64,000 nucleotides of DNA, taken from an uncultured Candidatus Rokubacteria bacterium (GTDB lineage: Bacteria; Methylomirabilota; Methylomirabilia; Rokubacteriales; CSP1-6). Under the pieces are notes generated by a model. That model searched no databases, was not told the DNA's origin, and saw only the letters and a program-made list of their open reading frames with translations. The position numbers and the translations under genes are program-made. Location: assembly GCA_963762145.1 (NCBI GenBank), contig CAVXJS010000011.1:352001-416000 (forward strand), given 5' to 3'. Of this stretch, positions 9,933-20,747 are shown one piece after another. Each line of letters opens with the position of its first letter. Positions within the stretch are counted from its first letter, which is position 1.

Positions 9933-10575
9933 GCGAGACCGCCGAGGAGCTGGCCCGGCGCACCCCGCCCGGCCAGGTGCTGACCAAGAAGTGGCCCGTG
10001 CTGACCTACGGCCGCACGCCGCGCTTCGATCCCGCGGCGCTGGCGCTTCCGCTGCTTCGGCCTCGTGGAGGAGGAGGTGAGCTTCACGTGGGAGGAGTTC
10101 CTCGCGCTGCCGCGCACCGAGGTGATCTGCGACATCCACTGCGTCACGCACTGGTCGCGGCTGGACAATCGCTTCGAGGGCGTGTCCATCCGCGAGATCA
10201 TGCGGCGCGTGCGGCTCGAAGCCCGAGGCCCGGCTACGTGCTGATCCACGCCGATCCGGACTACACGACCAACCTGCCGCTCGAGGAGCTGGTCGACGAC
10301 GACGTGCTGCTGGCGCTCAAGCACGACGGCCAGGATCTCGACGCCCGGATCACGGCGGCCCGCTGCGGCTGGTGGTGCCCAAGCTCTACTTCTGGAAGAG
10401 CGCCAAGTGGCTCCGCGGCTTCGAGTTCCTCGACGTCAATCCGCCCGGCTTCTGGGAGATCAACGGCTACCACATGCACGCCGATCCCTGGACCGAGGAG
10501 CGCTACTCCGACCAGGAGACGCGCGCGATGCAGACGATGCGCGCCGAGGCCGCGCGCAAGCTCCGCGCGAAGTAG
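9929..10575 (+). CDS. Molybdopterin-dependent oxidoreductase (sulfite oxidase-like, YuiH type), frameshifted
   Basis: [53 protein letters not shown]. Confidence 0.85.
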
Positions 10576-10577
10576 AT

Positions 10578-10659
10578 CCCTCTCACCCTGCCCTCTCCCC
10601 AGAGGGAGAGGGAGAGCTCGAACACCCTCGCCCCCGGAGCGGACGGGCAGGGTGAGGGG
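10578..10659. repeat. BoxC/REP-like repeat, copy 3, plus an inverted partial copy
   Basis: CTCACCCTGCCCTCTCCCCAGAGGGAGAGGG followed by GGGCAGGGTGAGGGG (10645-10659), between convergent genes. Confidence 0.75.
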
Positions 10660-10664
10660 CGACC

Positions 10665-11497
10665 CTACGCGCCGAGGAAGGCGCGCACGTGCGCGGACGA
10701 AGTCGTCGGGCCGGTCGGCGGGCACGGTGTGCCCGGCGCCGGGAATCTCGACCAGGCGGCCGTCGGGCAGGCGCTCGGTCATCTTCTTGGCGACCTCGGG
10801 CGAGAGGATGTCGCTCTCCGCGCCGCGCACGACCAGCGTCGGGCAGGGGATGCGCGCCAGCGGCTCCCACAGGTCCACCGTGTCGCGCCGGCCCGCGCGC
10901 ATCATGTCGCGCAGCCCCTTGGCGTACTTCCAGGTGAGCTCCGCCGTCGGGCAGGCGCTTGAGGCCGTGGGCGACGCGCTGGCGCAGCAGGTCCACGTCC
11001 TGGAGCGGGTTGGCGCGGCGGATGTACTCGACCGCCTACTCCTCGCTCTCGATCCGCTCCGGGCGACTGCGACATCATGCCGCGCACGCGCTGGAGCCCC
11101 GCGAGCGCGATATCGGGGCCGATGTCCACGATGACGAGCCGCTCGAGCCGCGCCGGCGTGGGCGCGCCGCGTACTGGATCGCGATGCGCCCGCCCATCGA
11201 GTGCCCGAGGAGCGCGAAGCGCTCGAGCTCGAGGCTGCCCGCGAAGGCGGCGACGTCGTCGGCCATGGTGCCCACGCGGTAGTCGTCGTCGGGCGCGGCG
11301 TCGCTGTCGCCGTGGCCGCGCTGGTCGAGCGCGAGCACGCGCCGGCCGGGCACGAGGCGCTCGGCCAGGCGGTCCCAGACGCGCGCGTGGCCGGTGATGC
11401 CGTGGAGCAGGACCACGGGCGGGGCGCCGGCGGGCCCCCAGTCGAGATAGTGCAGCGTGATGCCGTTGACGCGGACGGAGCGCTCGGTGAAGGACAT
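10665..11497 (-). CDS. Alpha/beta hydrolase, frameshifted
   Basis: LLHGIT, DQRGHGDS, GHSMGG nucleophile elbow, RGAESD, GAGH. Confidence 0.85.
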
Positions 11498-11596
11498 GAC
11501 CGACGCAGTCTAGTCCCCGCGACACCGCCGGTCAATCGCGCGCGGCTTGCCTAGCGCGGGAGCCCTGACGGTAGAGTGGGCTACCCCTGACGGTAG

Positions 11597-11636
11597 CCCC
11601 TCACCCTGCCCTCTCCCCCTCCGGGGAGAGGGGAGA
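11597..11636. repeat. BoxC/REP-like repeat, copy 4, preceded by two copies of CCCTGACGGTAG
   Basis: CCCCTCACCCTGCCCTCTCCCCCTCCGGGGAGAGGG; 12-bp direct repeats at 11563 and 11585. Confidence 0.75.
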
Positions 11637-11649
11637 AGAGAGCATAGAC

Positions 11650-13196
11650 ATGGCGACGTTACGCGATCACCGACGTGGCGATCGTGCTGAAGCCCGAGGA
11701 CGACGTGGCCATCGCCAAGAAGGAGATCCCGGCGGGCACCGTGCTCGAGGACGCGGTCGGCCGCATCGAGGTGCGGCAGGACATCAAGCCCGGCCACAAG
11801 GTCGCGCGGCGCGCCCGCCGGATCGGCGAGGCGGTACGCCGCTACGGCCAGCCCATCGGCTTCGCCACCGCGGAGATCGCGGTCGGGCGATCACGTGCAC
11901 ACCCAGAACGTCGCGGTGGGCGAGCGGCACCAGGAGTACGAGGTCGGCACCGACGTGCAGCCGGTGGCGTTCTACCCGCCGGGCCAGATGAGATATTTCG
12001 ACGGATACCTTCGAGAAGACGGCCGGGTCGGGACGCGCAACTACGTGGCGGTGATCTCGGGAGTCAACTGCTCCGCGAGCGTGAGCCAGTTCGTCAAGGA
12101 TCGGTTCCGCGACGTGCAGAAGGACTACCCGAACATCGACGGGGTACTCGCCATCACCCACAAGTCCGGGTGCGGCACCAAGCTCTTCGGCGAGGACCAC
12201 ATGGCGCTGCAGCGGGTGCTCGCCGGCTACGCCAAGCACCCCAACATCGCGGCCTACATCCTGATCGGGCTCGGCTGCGAGGTGAACCAGGCCGCGGTCA
12301 TGGTGGACCGGCAGCGGATGGCCGCGCCCGGGCATCCGGAGCGCAAGCCGTTCGTGGTCAACATCCAGGAGGCGGGCGGGATCCGGAAGACGGTGGAGAC
12401 CGCGGTCCGTGAGGTGGCCAAGCTGCTACCGCTCGCCAACGCGATGAAGCGGACGAAGCAGCCGGTGTCGGAGCTCACGCTCGCCACCAACTGCGGAGGC
12501 TCCGACGGCGCCTCCGGCATCACCGCGAACCCCGCCCTCGGCTGGGCGGTGGACGAGCTGGTGCGCTACGGCGGCACCGGAGTGCTCGCCGAAACGCCCG
12601 AGATCTACGGGGCCGAGCACCTGCTGATCCGGCGCGCGATCAACGAGGGCGTGGCCAAGAAGCTGATCGATCGGTACAAGTGGTGGGAGTGGTATTGCCG
12701 CGGCATCGAGGCGATGGACAACAATCCCGCCCCCGGCAACAAGGCGGGCGGCATCACCACCGTCTACGAGAAGTCGCTGGGCGGCGTGACCAAGGGCGGC
12801 ACCACCCCGATGATGGACGTCTTCCAGTACGGCGAGCCCATCACCACCCGCGGCTTCGTGTTCATGGACACCCCGGGGCACGATCCGGTCTCCATCACCG
12901 GGCTCGTGGCGGGCGGCTGCAACATGATCTGCTTCACCACCGGTCGTGGCTCGGTGTTCGGCTGCAAGCCGGTGCCCTCGATCAAGCTCGCGACTAACAG
13001 CCTCATGTACCGGCACATGTCGGAGGACATGGACATCAACTGCGGGGTGATCCTCGAGGGCACCCCGCTGCCCGAGGTCGGCCGGCAGATCTTCGAGGAG
13101 ATCGTGGCGGTGGCCTCCGGCAAGCGCAGCAAGAGCGAGCTCTCGGGCGTCGGCGAAGAGGAGTTCGCTCCGTGGATCATCGGGCCGGTCATGTAG
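11650..13196 (+). CDS. UxaA/GarD-family sugar-acid dehydratase with N-terminal SAF domain, frameshifted
   Basis: GHKVA..RYGQPIG..HTQN, GRVGTRN, GLGCE, CGGSDG, PGNKAGG, FTTGRGS. Confidence 0.9.
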
Positions 13197-13197
13197 T

Positions 13198-13237
13198 GCG
13201 AGGCGCAGCCAAAGGCGAGCCGAGCGGATCAATAATG
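13198..13237 (+). repeat. Dispersed ~40-bp element, copy 1
   Basis: GCGAGGCGCAGCCAAAGGCGAGCCGAGCGGATCAATAATG matches the reverse complement of 16754-16793. Confidence 0.7.
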
Positions 13238-13299
13238 TCTTGATGAAGTAGACGGTAAACGGGGAACAGGGAACAGCAAACGGGAGCGGGAGAGAGCCG

Positions 13300-13581
13300 A
13301 TGCCAAACCCGGGCATGTACCGCGGCGACCGCCGCCGCAAGGAAGATCAGCGCAAGGCCAAGCTGGAAGCCAAGAGGGCGCGCAAGGCCGAGCGGCGCGA
13401 GACCGGGACGAGTGGGCCCGAGATCGCGGACCAGGCCGAGATGGGGGTCGGCGACAGCGTCGAGTTCGTCTGGTTCTCCCCGAGCAAGGGCCGGACCCAG
13501 ACGACGCCGAACAAGGCGGCGCCGGTGGTGGACGGGATCGACGACTGGATGCTGCTGAGCGAGCCGCCGCCGGAGAGCTAG
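13300..13581 (+). CDS. Hypothetical small protein with basic N-terminus
   Basis: 93-aa ORF with purine-rich RBS and typical codon usage. Confidence 0.6.
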   Translation: MPNPGMYRGDRRRKEDQRKAKLEAKRARKAERRETGTSGPEIADQAEMGVGDSVEFVWFSPSKGRTQTTPNKAAPVVDGIDDWMLLSEPPPES

Positions 13582-14138
13582 CTGCGGACGGGCTCGACCC
13601 GGCGAGGCTCTGGCCGAGGGGACGAACCGGTCGGCGCGCCGTCCGCGACCTGGCCGCCCTTGAAGAATGCGGCCAGAAAGCCGTCGGCGGACACGGGCCG
13701 ACGCGGGCGATCCGTGAAGCGGTCGGCCCGGAATCCGGCGCGGGCCCGCACGATGAAGCTGTAGAAGTGGACGAGGCCGCTCGAGGCGAACTTGCCGTTG
13801 AAGACGATGTCGAGCGGCAGGTGCAGCAGCATGCCGAAGACCCATCCCCAGAGCCAGTCCACGTTGGTGTACCACGCGATCGCGGCCAGCAGGACCAGCA
13901 GCTCGTAGGAGTGCAGCACGAGGACGACCCGCTGCGCCTTGCCGTTGAGGTAGTAGCGGAGGAAGCTGCCGGGACGGAGGTCGCGCTGACGTTCGAAGAG
14001 CACGTAGTCGACCATGTGGTCCACGTCGATCAGGAAGCCGCCGGCCGCGAGGCCCGCGGTGACCGCGAGGCTCCCGGTGCCCGCGTAGACCGCGCCGCAG
14101 GCGATCGCAGTGGTGACGAGATGGCCTCCGGGGCTGAT
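13578..14138 (-). CDS. Membrane metal-dependent hydrolase-like protein (YdjM/DUF457-like); start possibly ATC
   Basis: GGH..TM helices..IDVDH..LHSYE..HLPLD; frame is open upstream of the GTG at 14024. Confidence 0.65.
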   Translation of the reverse strand: MSPGGHLVTTAIACGAVYAGTGSLAVTAGLAAGGFLIDVDHMVDYVLFERQRDLRPGSFLRYYLNGKAQRVVLVLHSYELLVLLAAIAWYTNVDWLWGWVFGMLLHLPLDIVFNGKFASSGLVHFYSFIVRARAGFRADRFTDRPRRPVSADGFLAAFFKGGQVADGAPTGSSPRPEPRRVEPVRS

Positions 14139-14148
14139 GGCGAACCGC

Positions 14149-14271
14149 CTAGCGCAGGGGGTGGCGCCGGCGAATGCGAACGGGAATCGGCCGCCGCGTG
14201 GGCGGCACCAGCCAGCCCAGCGGCACGCTGTCGATCAGCTCCAGGAGGCGGCGCCCGAGTCGCTTCAACAT
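14149..14271 (-). CDS. Possible 40-aa basic peptide
   Basis: MLKRLGRRLLELIDSVPLGWLVPPTRRPIPVRIRRRHPLR; stop lies 10 nt before the next gene. Confidence 0.3.
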   Translation of the reverse strand: MLKRLGRRLLELIDSVPLGWLVPPTRRPIPVRIRRRHPLR

Positions 14272-14403
14272 GCTCCAAGAAAGGAGCAACTCCGATGCCA
14301 GACGCCCCGTGGCGCAAGTAATTGAATTACTGTAGACCCCAGGGTCCGAGCGTGGAAGAGTAAGCCAAAACAGGGAGTCAAGGGGACCAAAATGGGGAGA
14401 GCG

Positions 14404-16386
14404 ATGGCACCGAAAATTACCGAGACCGGGTTCGACGAGATCGTTCGGTCCGACCCTTCGGTCTGGGAGATCGAGACTTCGGGGGCGGGCCCGCAGGGTC
14501 GGCTGCCGCTGACCGCGGAGATGCTGCTCGAGAGCCCGAGCGGCGACATCTTCGGGCTCACCCAGAACGCGGGCATGGGCTGGGATCCGCGCGAGCTTGG
14601 CCGACCACAGTTCCTCATGCTCTCCACCCAGGGCGGCATCCGCGCGCCCGACGGCAAGCCGATCGCGCTCGGCTACCACACGGGACACTGGGAGATCGGG
14701 TTGCTCATGCAGGCGGCCGCCCAGGAGCTGGCCGCGCTCGGCGGCCTGCCGTTCGCCGGCTTCTGCTCGGACCCGTGCGACGGGCGCACCCAGGGCACGC
14801 CGGGCATGATGGACAGCCTGGCCTACCGCAACGACGCGGCGATGGTGCTGCGGCGGCTGGTCCGCTCGCTGCCCACGCGGCGGGGCGTGCTCGGCGTCGC
14901 CACGTGCGACAAGGGCCTGCCCGCGATGATGATGGCGCTGGCCGCGCTGCGCGATCTGCCCTGCGTGCTCGTGCCGGGCGGCGTGACGCTGCCGCCCACC
15001 GAGGGCGAGGACGCGGGGACCGTGCAGTCCATCGGGGCCCGGTTCGCGCACGGCGAGCTCACGCTGGAGCGGGCGGCCGACCTGGGCTGCCGCGCGTGCG
15101 GCTCGCCGGGCGGCGGCTGCCAGTTCCTCGGCACCGCGGCCACGTCCCAGGTCGTCGGCGAGGCGCTCGGGCTGTCGCTGCCGCACACCGCGCTCGCGCC
15201 CTCCGGGCAGCCGATCTGGCTCGACATGGCCCGGCGCTCGGCCCGCGCGTTGACGTCGCTCGCGGCCCGCGGCCTGACCACGCGCGACATCGTCACCGAC
15301 GCCGCGGTGCGGAACGCCATGATGGTGCACGCGGCGTTCGGCGGCTCGACGAATCTGCTGCTCCACCTGCCCGCGATCGCGCACGCCGCGGGGTTGCGTC
15401 GCCCCGTGGTGCAGGACTGGATCGACGTCAACCGGCAGGTGCCGCGGCTGGTGGACGTGCTGCCCAACGGGCCCCGCAACCATCCCACCGTGCGCGTGTT
15501 CCTGGCCGGCGGCGTGCCGGAGGTGATGCTGCACCTGCGCCGCCTGGGCCTGCTGGACGAGACCTGCCTGACCGTGACCGGGGAGGCGCTCGGCCGCGCG
15601 CTCGACTGGTGGGAGGGCTCCGAGCGGCGCACCGCGCTGCGCGAGCGGCTCATGCGGCAGGATGGGGTGGATCCGGACGACGTCATCATGGATCCGGAGC
15701 GGGCGCGCGCGCGCGGGCTCACGAGCACCGTGACCTTCCCGCGCGGCAACCTGGCCCCGGAGGGCGCGGTGATCAAGAGCACCGCGATCGATCCGTCGGT
15801 GGTGGATGCCGACGGCGTCTATCGCAAGACCGGCCCCGCCCGCGTGTTCACGACCGAGCGCGCCGCGATCGCGGCCATCAAGAGCACGGGGCCCGAGCGG
15901 ATCAAGCCGGGCGACGTGCTGGTGCTCATCTGCCGCGGGCCGCTCGGCGCGGGCATGGAGGAGATCTACCAGATCACCTCCGCGCTCAAGCACCTGTCCT
16001 GGGGCAAGCAGGTGGCGGTGCTGACCGACGCGCGCTTCTCCGGCGTCTCGACCGGTGCGTGCATCGGCCACGTCGGGCCCGAGGCGCTCGCGGGTGGACC
16101 CATCGGGCGGCTCCTGGAGGGGGATCTCGTGCAGATCGTGGTGGACCGGCTGCGGCTCGAGGGCAGCGTGGACCTGGTCGGCGCCGAGGGCCGGACGTTC
16201 GGGGCGGCGGAGGGCGCGCGGGTCCTCGCGGCGCGCGTCCCGCGGCCGGATCTCGCGCCGGACCCCGGCCTCCCCGACGACACGCGGCTCTGGGCCGCGC
16301 TGCAGCATGCGGGTGGCGGGGCCTGGGGCGGCTGTGTCTACGACGTGGATGCGATCGTGGCCGCGCTCAGGACTGGGTCACGGTGA
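14404..16386 (+). CDS. YjhG/YagF-family D-xylonate dehydratase (IlvD/Edd family)
   Basis: [60 protein letters not shown]. Confidence 0.9.
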   Translation: MAPKITETGFDEIVRSDPSVWEIETSGAGPQGRLPLTAEMLLESPSGDIFGLTQNAGMGWDPRELGRPQFLMLSTQGGIRAPDGKPIALGYHTGHWEIGLLMQAAAQELAALGGLPFAGFCSDPCDGRTQGTPGMMDSLAYRNDAAMVLRRLVRSLPTRRGVLGVATCDKGLPAMMMALAALRDLPCVLVPGGVTLPPTEGEDAGTVQSIGARFAHGELTLERAADLGCRACGSPGGGCQFLGTAATSQVVGEALGLSLPHTALAPSGQPIWLDMARRSARALTSLAARGLTTRDIVTDAAVRNAMMVHAAFGGSTNLLLHLPAIAHAAGLRRPVVQDWIDVNRQVPRLVDVLPNGPRNHPTVRVFLAGGVPEVMLHLRRLGLLDETCLTVTGEALGRALDWWEGSERRTALRERLMRQDGVDPDDVIMDPERARARGLTSTVTFPRGNLAPEGAVIKSTAIDPSVVDADGVYRKTGPARVFTTERAAIAAIKSTGPERIKPGDVLVLICRGPLGAGMEEIYQITSALKHLSWGKQVAVLTDARFSGVSTGACIGHVGPEALAGGPIGRLLEGDLVQIVVDRLRLEGSVDLVGAEGRTFGAAEGARVLAARVPRPDLAPDPGLPDDTRLWAALQHAGGGAWGGCVYDVDAIVAALRTGSR

Positions 16387-16756
16387 CGACGAGGCCGATC
16401 GACGCCAGGATGTTGCCCACGCGCACGCACTCCGTCTCGGGGCCGACCTTCACCACCGCCTTGCCGGTATTGTGCACCTGCCACGCCAGCTCCCAGCCCC
16501 GCTCTTCCGAGCAGGCGATGGCCTTGATGAGCTGCTTCACCACTTCCTCGAACGTGTGGCAGTCGCAGTTGTGGAGCACGGTCATCCAGGGGGGCGCGAC
16601 CTGGACGTCGGTCGCGTCGAGCTCATCGACCTGCGGGCTCTCGGTAGTTTCGGCTTGCGACCGGGGGCTGTTGGCGTGCAACCGTGGGCTGTTGGCTTGC
16701 AACCGGAGCCTGTTGGCTTGCAACCGGGGGCTGTTGGCTTGCAACCGGGACTTCAT
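16367..16756 (-). CDS. clpS: ClpS-family adaptor with repetitive N-terminal extension
   Basis: [32 protein letters not shown] ClpS core. Confidence 0.75.
   Translation of the reverse strand: MKSRLQANSPRLQANRLRLQANSPRLHANSPRSQAETTESPQVDELDATDVQVAPPWMTVLHNCDCHTFEEVVKQLIKAIACSEERGWELAWQVHNTGKAVVKVGPETECVRVGNILASIGLVVTVTQS
16652..16749. repeat. 21-bp tandem repeat, about 4.7 copies
   Basis: Unit GGCTTGCAACCGGGGGCTGTT starting at 16652, 16673, 16694, 16715 and 16736; encodes RLQANSP on the minus strand. Confidence 0.9.
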
Positions 16757-16793
16757 TACTTATCCGCTCGGCTCGCCTTCGGCTTCACCTCGC
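16754..16793 (-). repeat. Dispersed ~40-bp element, copy 2
   Basis: 3 mismatches over the first 32 bp versus 13198-13229; ends in the clpS ATG. Confidence 0.7.
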
Positions 16794-16827
16794 CATGCTA
16801 CTGCATCGCGCGAGGCCATGGCCCGCA

Positions 16828-18026
16828 CTACCCGATGACGCCGGTGGCGCGAAGGCGCGCGATGGTGCCGTCGCTGTAGCTCAGGATCTCGCGGAGGATC
16901 TCGTCCGTGTGCTCGCCGAGCCGGGGGGCTCGGGCGGGATGGCGGATCTCGCCTTCGGTGCGGACGGGGCTCCGGACTTCCTTCAGGGGCCCGAACTCGG
17001 GGTGCTCCACCTCCACGATCATATCGCGCGCCAGCACCTGCGGGTCGGCCAGGGCCTGGCGCACGTCGTTGACCGGCGCCGAGGGCACCCGGCCCCGGAG
17101 ACGGGCGAGCCAATCCTCGGTGGTCCGGGTGGTGAAGCGGGCCCGCAGGAGCGGCAGGAGCGTGTCCTTGTTCGCGAACCGGTCGCCGAAGGTGCGGAAG
17201 CGCGCGTCGTCGGCCAGCTCCGGGGCGCCGAGGATCTCCACCAGGTCGCGCCAGAACTTGTCCTTGTTGCAGAAGATCACGATCCAGCCGTCGCGGGTCG
17301 GGAAGTTCTGGGCCGGCACGAGGGTCTGGTGCGCCGAGCTCGCGGTGCGCTCCGCGATCCAGTCGCGGTTGAGCGTCCACACCGCGAAGTACGACAGCAT
17401 GCTGACCGCGGTGTCGAGCAGGGAGATGTCCACGTCCCGGCCCACCCCGGTGCGCTGGGCATCGAAGAGTCCCACCATCAGGCCGACCATCGCGGCGTAG
17501 CCGCCCGCGAAGTCGATCACCGAGACGCCGCACTTGCCCGGAGGGCCGTCGGGCTCGCCGGTCACCGCCATGTAGCCCGCGTAGCCCTGGACCAGGTAGT
17601 CGAAGGCGGGCTCGGCCGCGCGCGGACCGGTGCGCCCGTAGCCGGTGAGCGAGCAGCAGACTATGCGTGGCGTTCACCTCACGCAGGACGGCGTAGGTGA
17701 GGCCGAGCTTGTCGGGCAGGTCACCGCGCGCGTTGTTGAAGACCGCATCCGACACCCGGACGAGGTCGTGGAAGACCGCCTGGCCGTCGGGGTGCCGCAG
17801 GTTGAGCGACACCGAGCGCTTGCCGCGGTTGAACGACTGGAAGTAGGGCGAGTCGGCCTCACCCTGGAAGGGCGGGACGTAGCGGGCGCTGTCGCCGCCC
17901 ACCCCGGGATCCTCGATCTTGATGATGTCGGCGCCGAGGTCGGCCAGCATCTGGGTGCCGAACGGGCCGGCCCCGAACTGCGACACGGCCAGGATGCGCG
18001 ACGCCGTCGAGCGGGGGACGGGTCAT
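16828..18026 (-). CDS. Family III CoA-transferase (CaiB/BaiF), frameshifted
   Basis: AGPFGTQMLADLGADIIKIE, NRGKRS, C-terminal APRLGEHT. Confidence 0.9.
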
Positions 18027-18027
18027 G

Positions 18028-18511
18028 TCAGTAGGGGAGCCGGCCCTCGCCTAGCGTCGCGTGGTTCTTCCGGGGCACGAGCACGGCTCGGGTATAGGAG
18101 CACACGGTTTCGCCTCGCTGGTTGACGCCCTGGGTGTCGACGGTCACGATGCCGCGGTCGCCCTGGCGCGACTCCCGCAGCGCGAGCACGCGGCTCTTCG
18201 CGTAGAGCGTGTCGCCGATGAACGTCGGCTTCTCGTGCTTGAGCTCGGTCGACCTCGAGGTTCGCGATGGCGCGCCCCGAGACGTCGGCGACCGTCATGC
18301 CGATCACCACGCTGAAGACCAGCGGGCCCAGCACCACGCGCTGCCTGTGCTGGGTGTGGGTCTCGGCATAGTGCGCGTCCGAGTGGAGCGGGTGCTGGTT
18401 CATCGTGAGCAGCGCGAACCACGTGCAGTCCGCCTCGGTGATGGTGCGGCCGGGCCAGTGGGTGAACTCCTGGCCGACCGAGAAGTCTTCGAAGTAGCGG
18501 CCGTAGCTCAC
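18028..18511 (-). CDS. MaoC-family (R)-enoyl-CoA hydratase, frameshifted
   Basis: GRYFEDF..GRTITEAD..MNQHPLH. Confidence 0.85.
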
Positions 18512-20747
18512 GGGGCCTCGAGCCGGCGCGCCGCGAGCCGAGCGCCGCTCGCCCGCCTGGTCGCGCGGCCCGACCAGCAGGCGCGGCCGCGTCGCGGTAG
18601 TAGCGCTCGACAGGGAACTCGCTCGTGTACCCGTAGCCCCCGTGGATGCGCATGGACTCGAGCGTGACCATGTCGGCGGTCGTCGCCCGCGGCCACGGCG
18701 GGCCATCGGCGGCGCCCGCGTCGTCGCGCGCGTCGGCGTCGAGGCGCTCGGCCGCGCGCCCGGTCAGGAGGCGCGCCGCGGTGATCGCGGTCGCCATGTC
18801 GGCCAGCTTGAGCTGCACCGCCTGGTGCTGGCAGATCGGCTTGCCGAAGGTGGACCGCTGCTGGGAGTAGCGCAGCGCCGCCTCGAAGGCGGCCTGGGCC
18901 AGCCCCACCGCGGTGGCGGCGGCGCCCACATTGGTGACGGCCTCGAGCAGCGTCTCGCCGCCTTCGCGGAGCGCCGCCGGGGCGCCGAGGCGCACGCCGA
19001 CCAGGACCACGTCCGCCGCGCCGAGGCCGCGCAGGCCGACGGTGTCGGACGCGAGGCCCACGGTCAGGCCGGCCCGGCCCGACTCGACCATGAAGCACGC
19101 GGGCTCCCGCCGTTCTCCAGCGCGGCGTTGACCAGGAACAGCTTGGCCCGGCCCGCGTTCGGCACCACCGGCGCAGACCCGGTGAGGACCCAGTCCGTGC
19201 CCGCGCGGCGCGCCCCGATGGATGCCGCCCACCAGCGACGGCGGTCCACCGCTCGCCCCGCGTCATCGGGGGCAGCAGCCGCTCGCGGGCATCGCGCGGC
19301 ACGCTCCGCGCCACCGCGAGCGTCGCGGCGAGCTGGGCGGCGAGCCAGATGGCGAGGGCGGCCCAGCCGCGCGCGAGCTTCCTCCACGAGCATGGCCGCG
19401 GTGGTGAGCGGCAGGCCGAGCCCGCCGTGCTCGGCGCCGGCCAGGGCGCCGAGGATGCCGAGCTCGGCGAGCTGCGCCACCAGAGCCTCGGGATCGCGCC
19501 GGCCCTGGTCCTGCTCGGCCGCGACCGGCACGACGTCCTTCTCGACGAGCCTGCCGCACCGCCAGCACGAGCTGTTTCTGCTCGTCCGGGCTCGCCCTCG
19601 CGCGAGGTCAGCGCCCCCGGCCGCTCGCCGTAGCGCTCGAGCAGGTTCCGGCAGATGATGAGACGCTGGATCTCGTTGGTGCCCTCGCCGATGATCATGA
19701 GCGGCGCGTCGCGGTAGAGCCGCTCGATCAGGCCCGAGGCGAGCTGGCCGCGCACGCCTTCGATCTTCATGGCCTCCACCGCGACCGCCTGGGCCGCCTC
19801 CGAGGCGTAGAGCTTGGCCATGCCCGCCTCGAGATCGCACCGCTCGCCGCGGTCCTTCATGGCCGCGGCCCAGTAGGTGACGAGCCGAGCCGACTCCACG
19901 CGCGTGGCGATGTCCGCGAGGGCCGCGGGTGGCTCCGGCAGCGTGCGCGCCGCGCGCAGCGCCTCGTCGAGCGCCGCCTGGGCGACGCCCACCGCGCGCG
20001 CCGCGATGTTGATCCGTCCGGCCTCGAGCCCGGACATGACGTGCTTGAACCCGCGGCCCTCCACGCCGCCCACCAGGTTCGCGGCCGGGCAGGGGAAGGA
20101 GTCGAAAAACAGCTCCGCCGTATCCACGCCCTTGTAGCCGAGCTTGGCGATGGACTTGACGACCTCGAGACCGGGGGCGCCCTTCTCGACGATGAAGCAG
20201 GACATGCCGCGGTGACGGGGGACTCGGCGGGATCGGTCAGGGCGAGCAGCGCGAACGTGTTGCCCTCGCGGCCGTTGGTGACGAACATCTTGGACCCGGA
20301 GAGCAGGTAGCGGTCGCCGTCACGCCGGGCCACCGTGCGGATGGCCTGCACGTCGGAGCCGGCGTGGGGCTCGGTGAGGCAGAGGCCGCCACGCGCTTGC
20401 CCGCTCGCGAAGCGGGGCAGCAGGCGGAGCCGCTGCTCGTCGGTGCCGTGGTTGAGGACGATGAGCGCGGCCATGGTGTGGCTGTTGATGACGCCGGCGA
20501 GGGACATGAAGCCCCGGCAGAGCTCCTCGATGATCCGCGCATAGGTGGTGACGTCGAGGCCGAGGCCGCCGTAGTCGGCGGGCACCAGGGCGCCGAAGAG
20601 GCCGAGGCGCTTCATGCGGTCCACCAGCTCGTGCGGGTAGCGGTCGGCGTGCTCGAGGGCAGGGGCCGTTCCCATCACCTCCCGCTCCACGAACTCGCGG
20701 ACGGAGGCCACGATGGCGGGGGCGCGACTGGCGGTGCGTGGACTCAA
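18508..20747 (-). CDS. Acyl-CoA dehydrogenase, apparently two ACAD modules in tandem, frameshifted
   Basis: Module 1: LTEPHAGSD, GSKMFVTNG, IGEGTNEIQ. Module 2: QRSTFGKPI..HQAVQLKLADM, IHGGYGY..EFPVERYYRD. Confidence 0.8.

Noticed and set aside
16652-16749. CRISPR-like repeats
   Set aside because: Units are contiguous with no spacers and lie in frame within an ORF.
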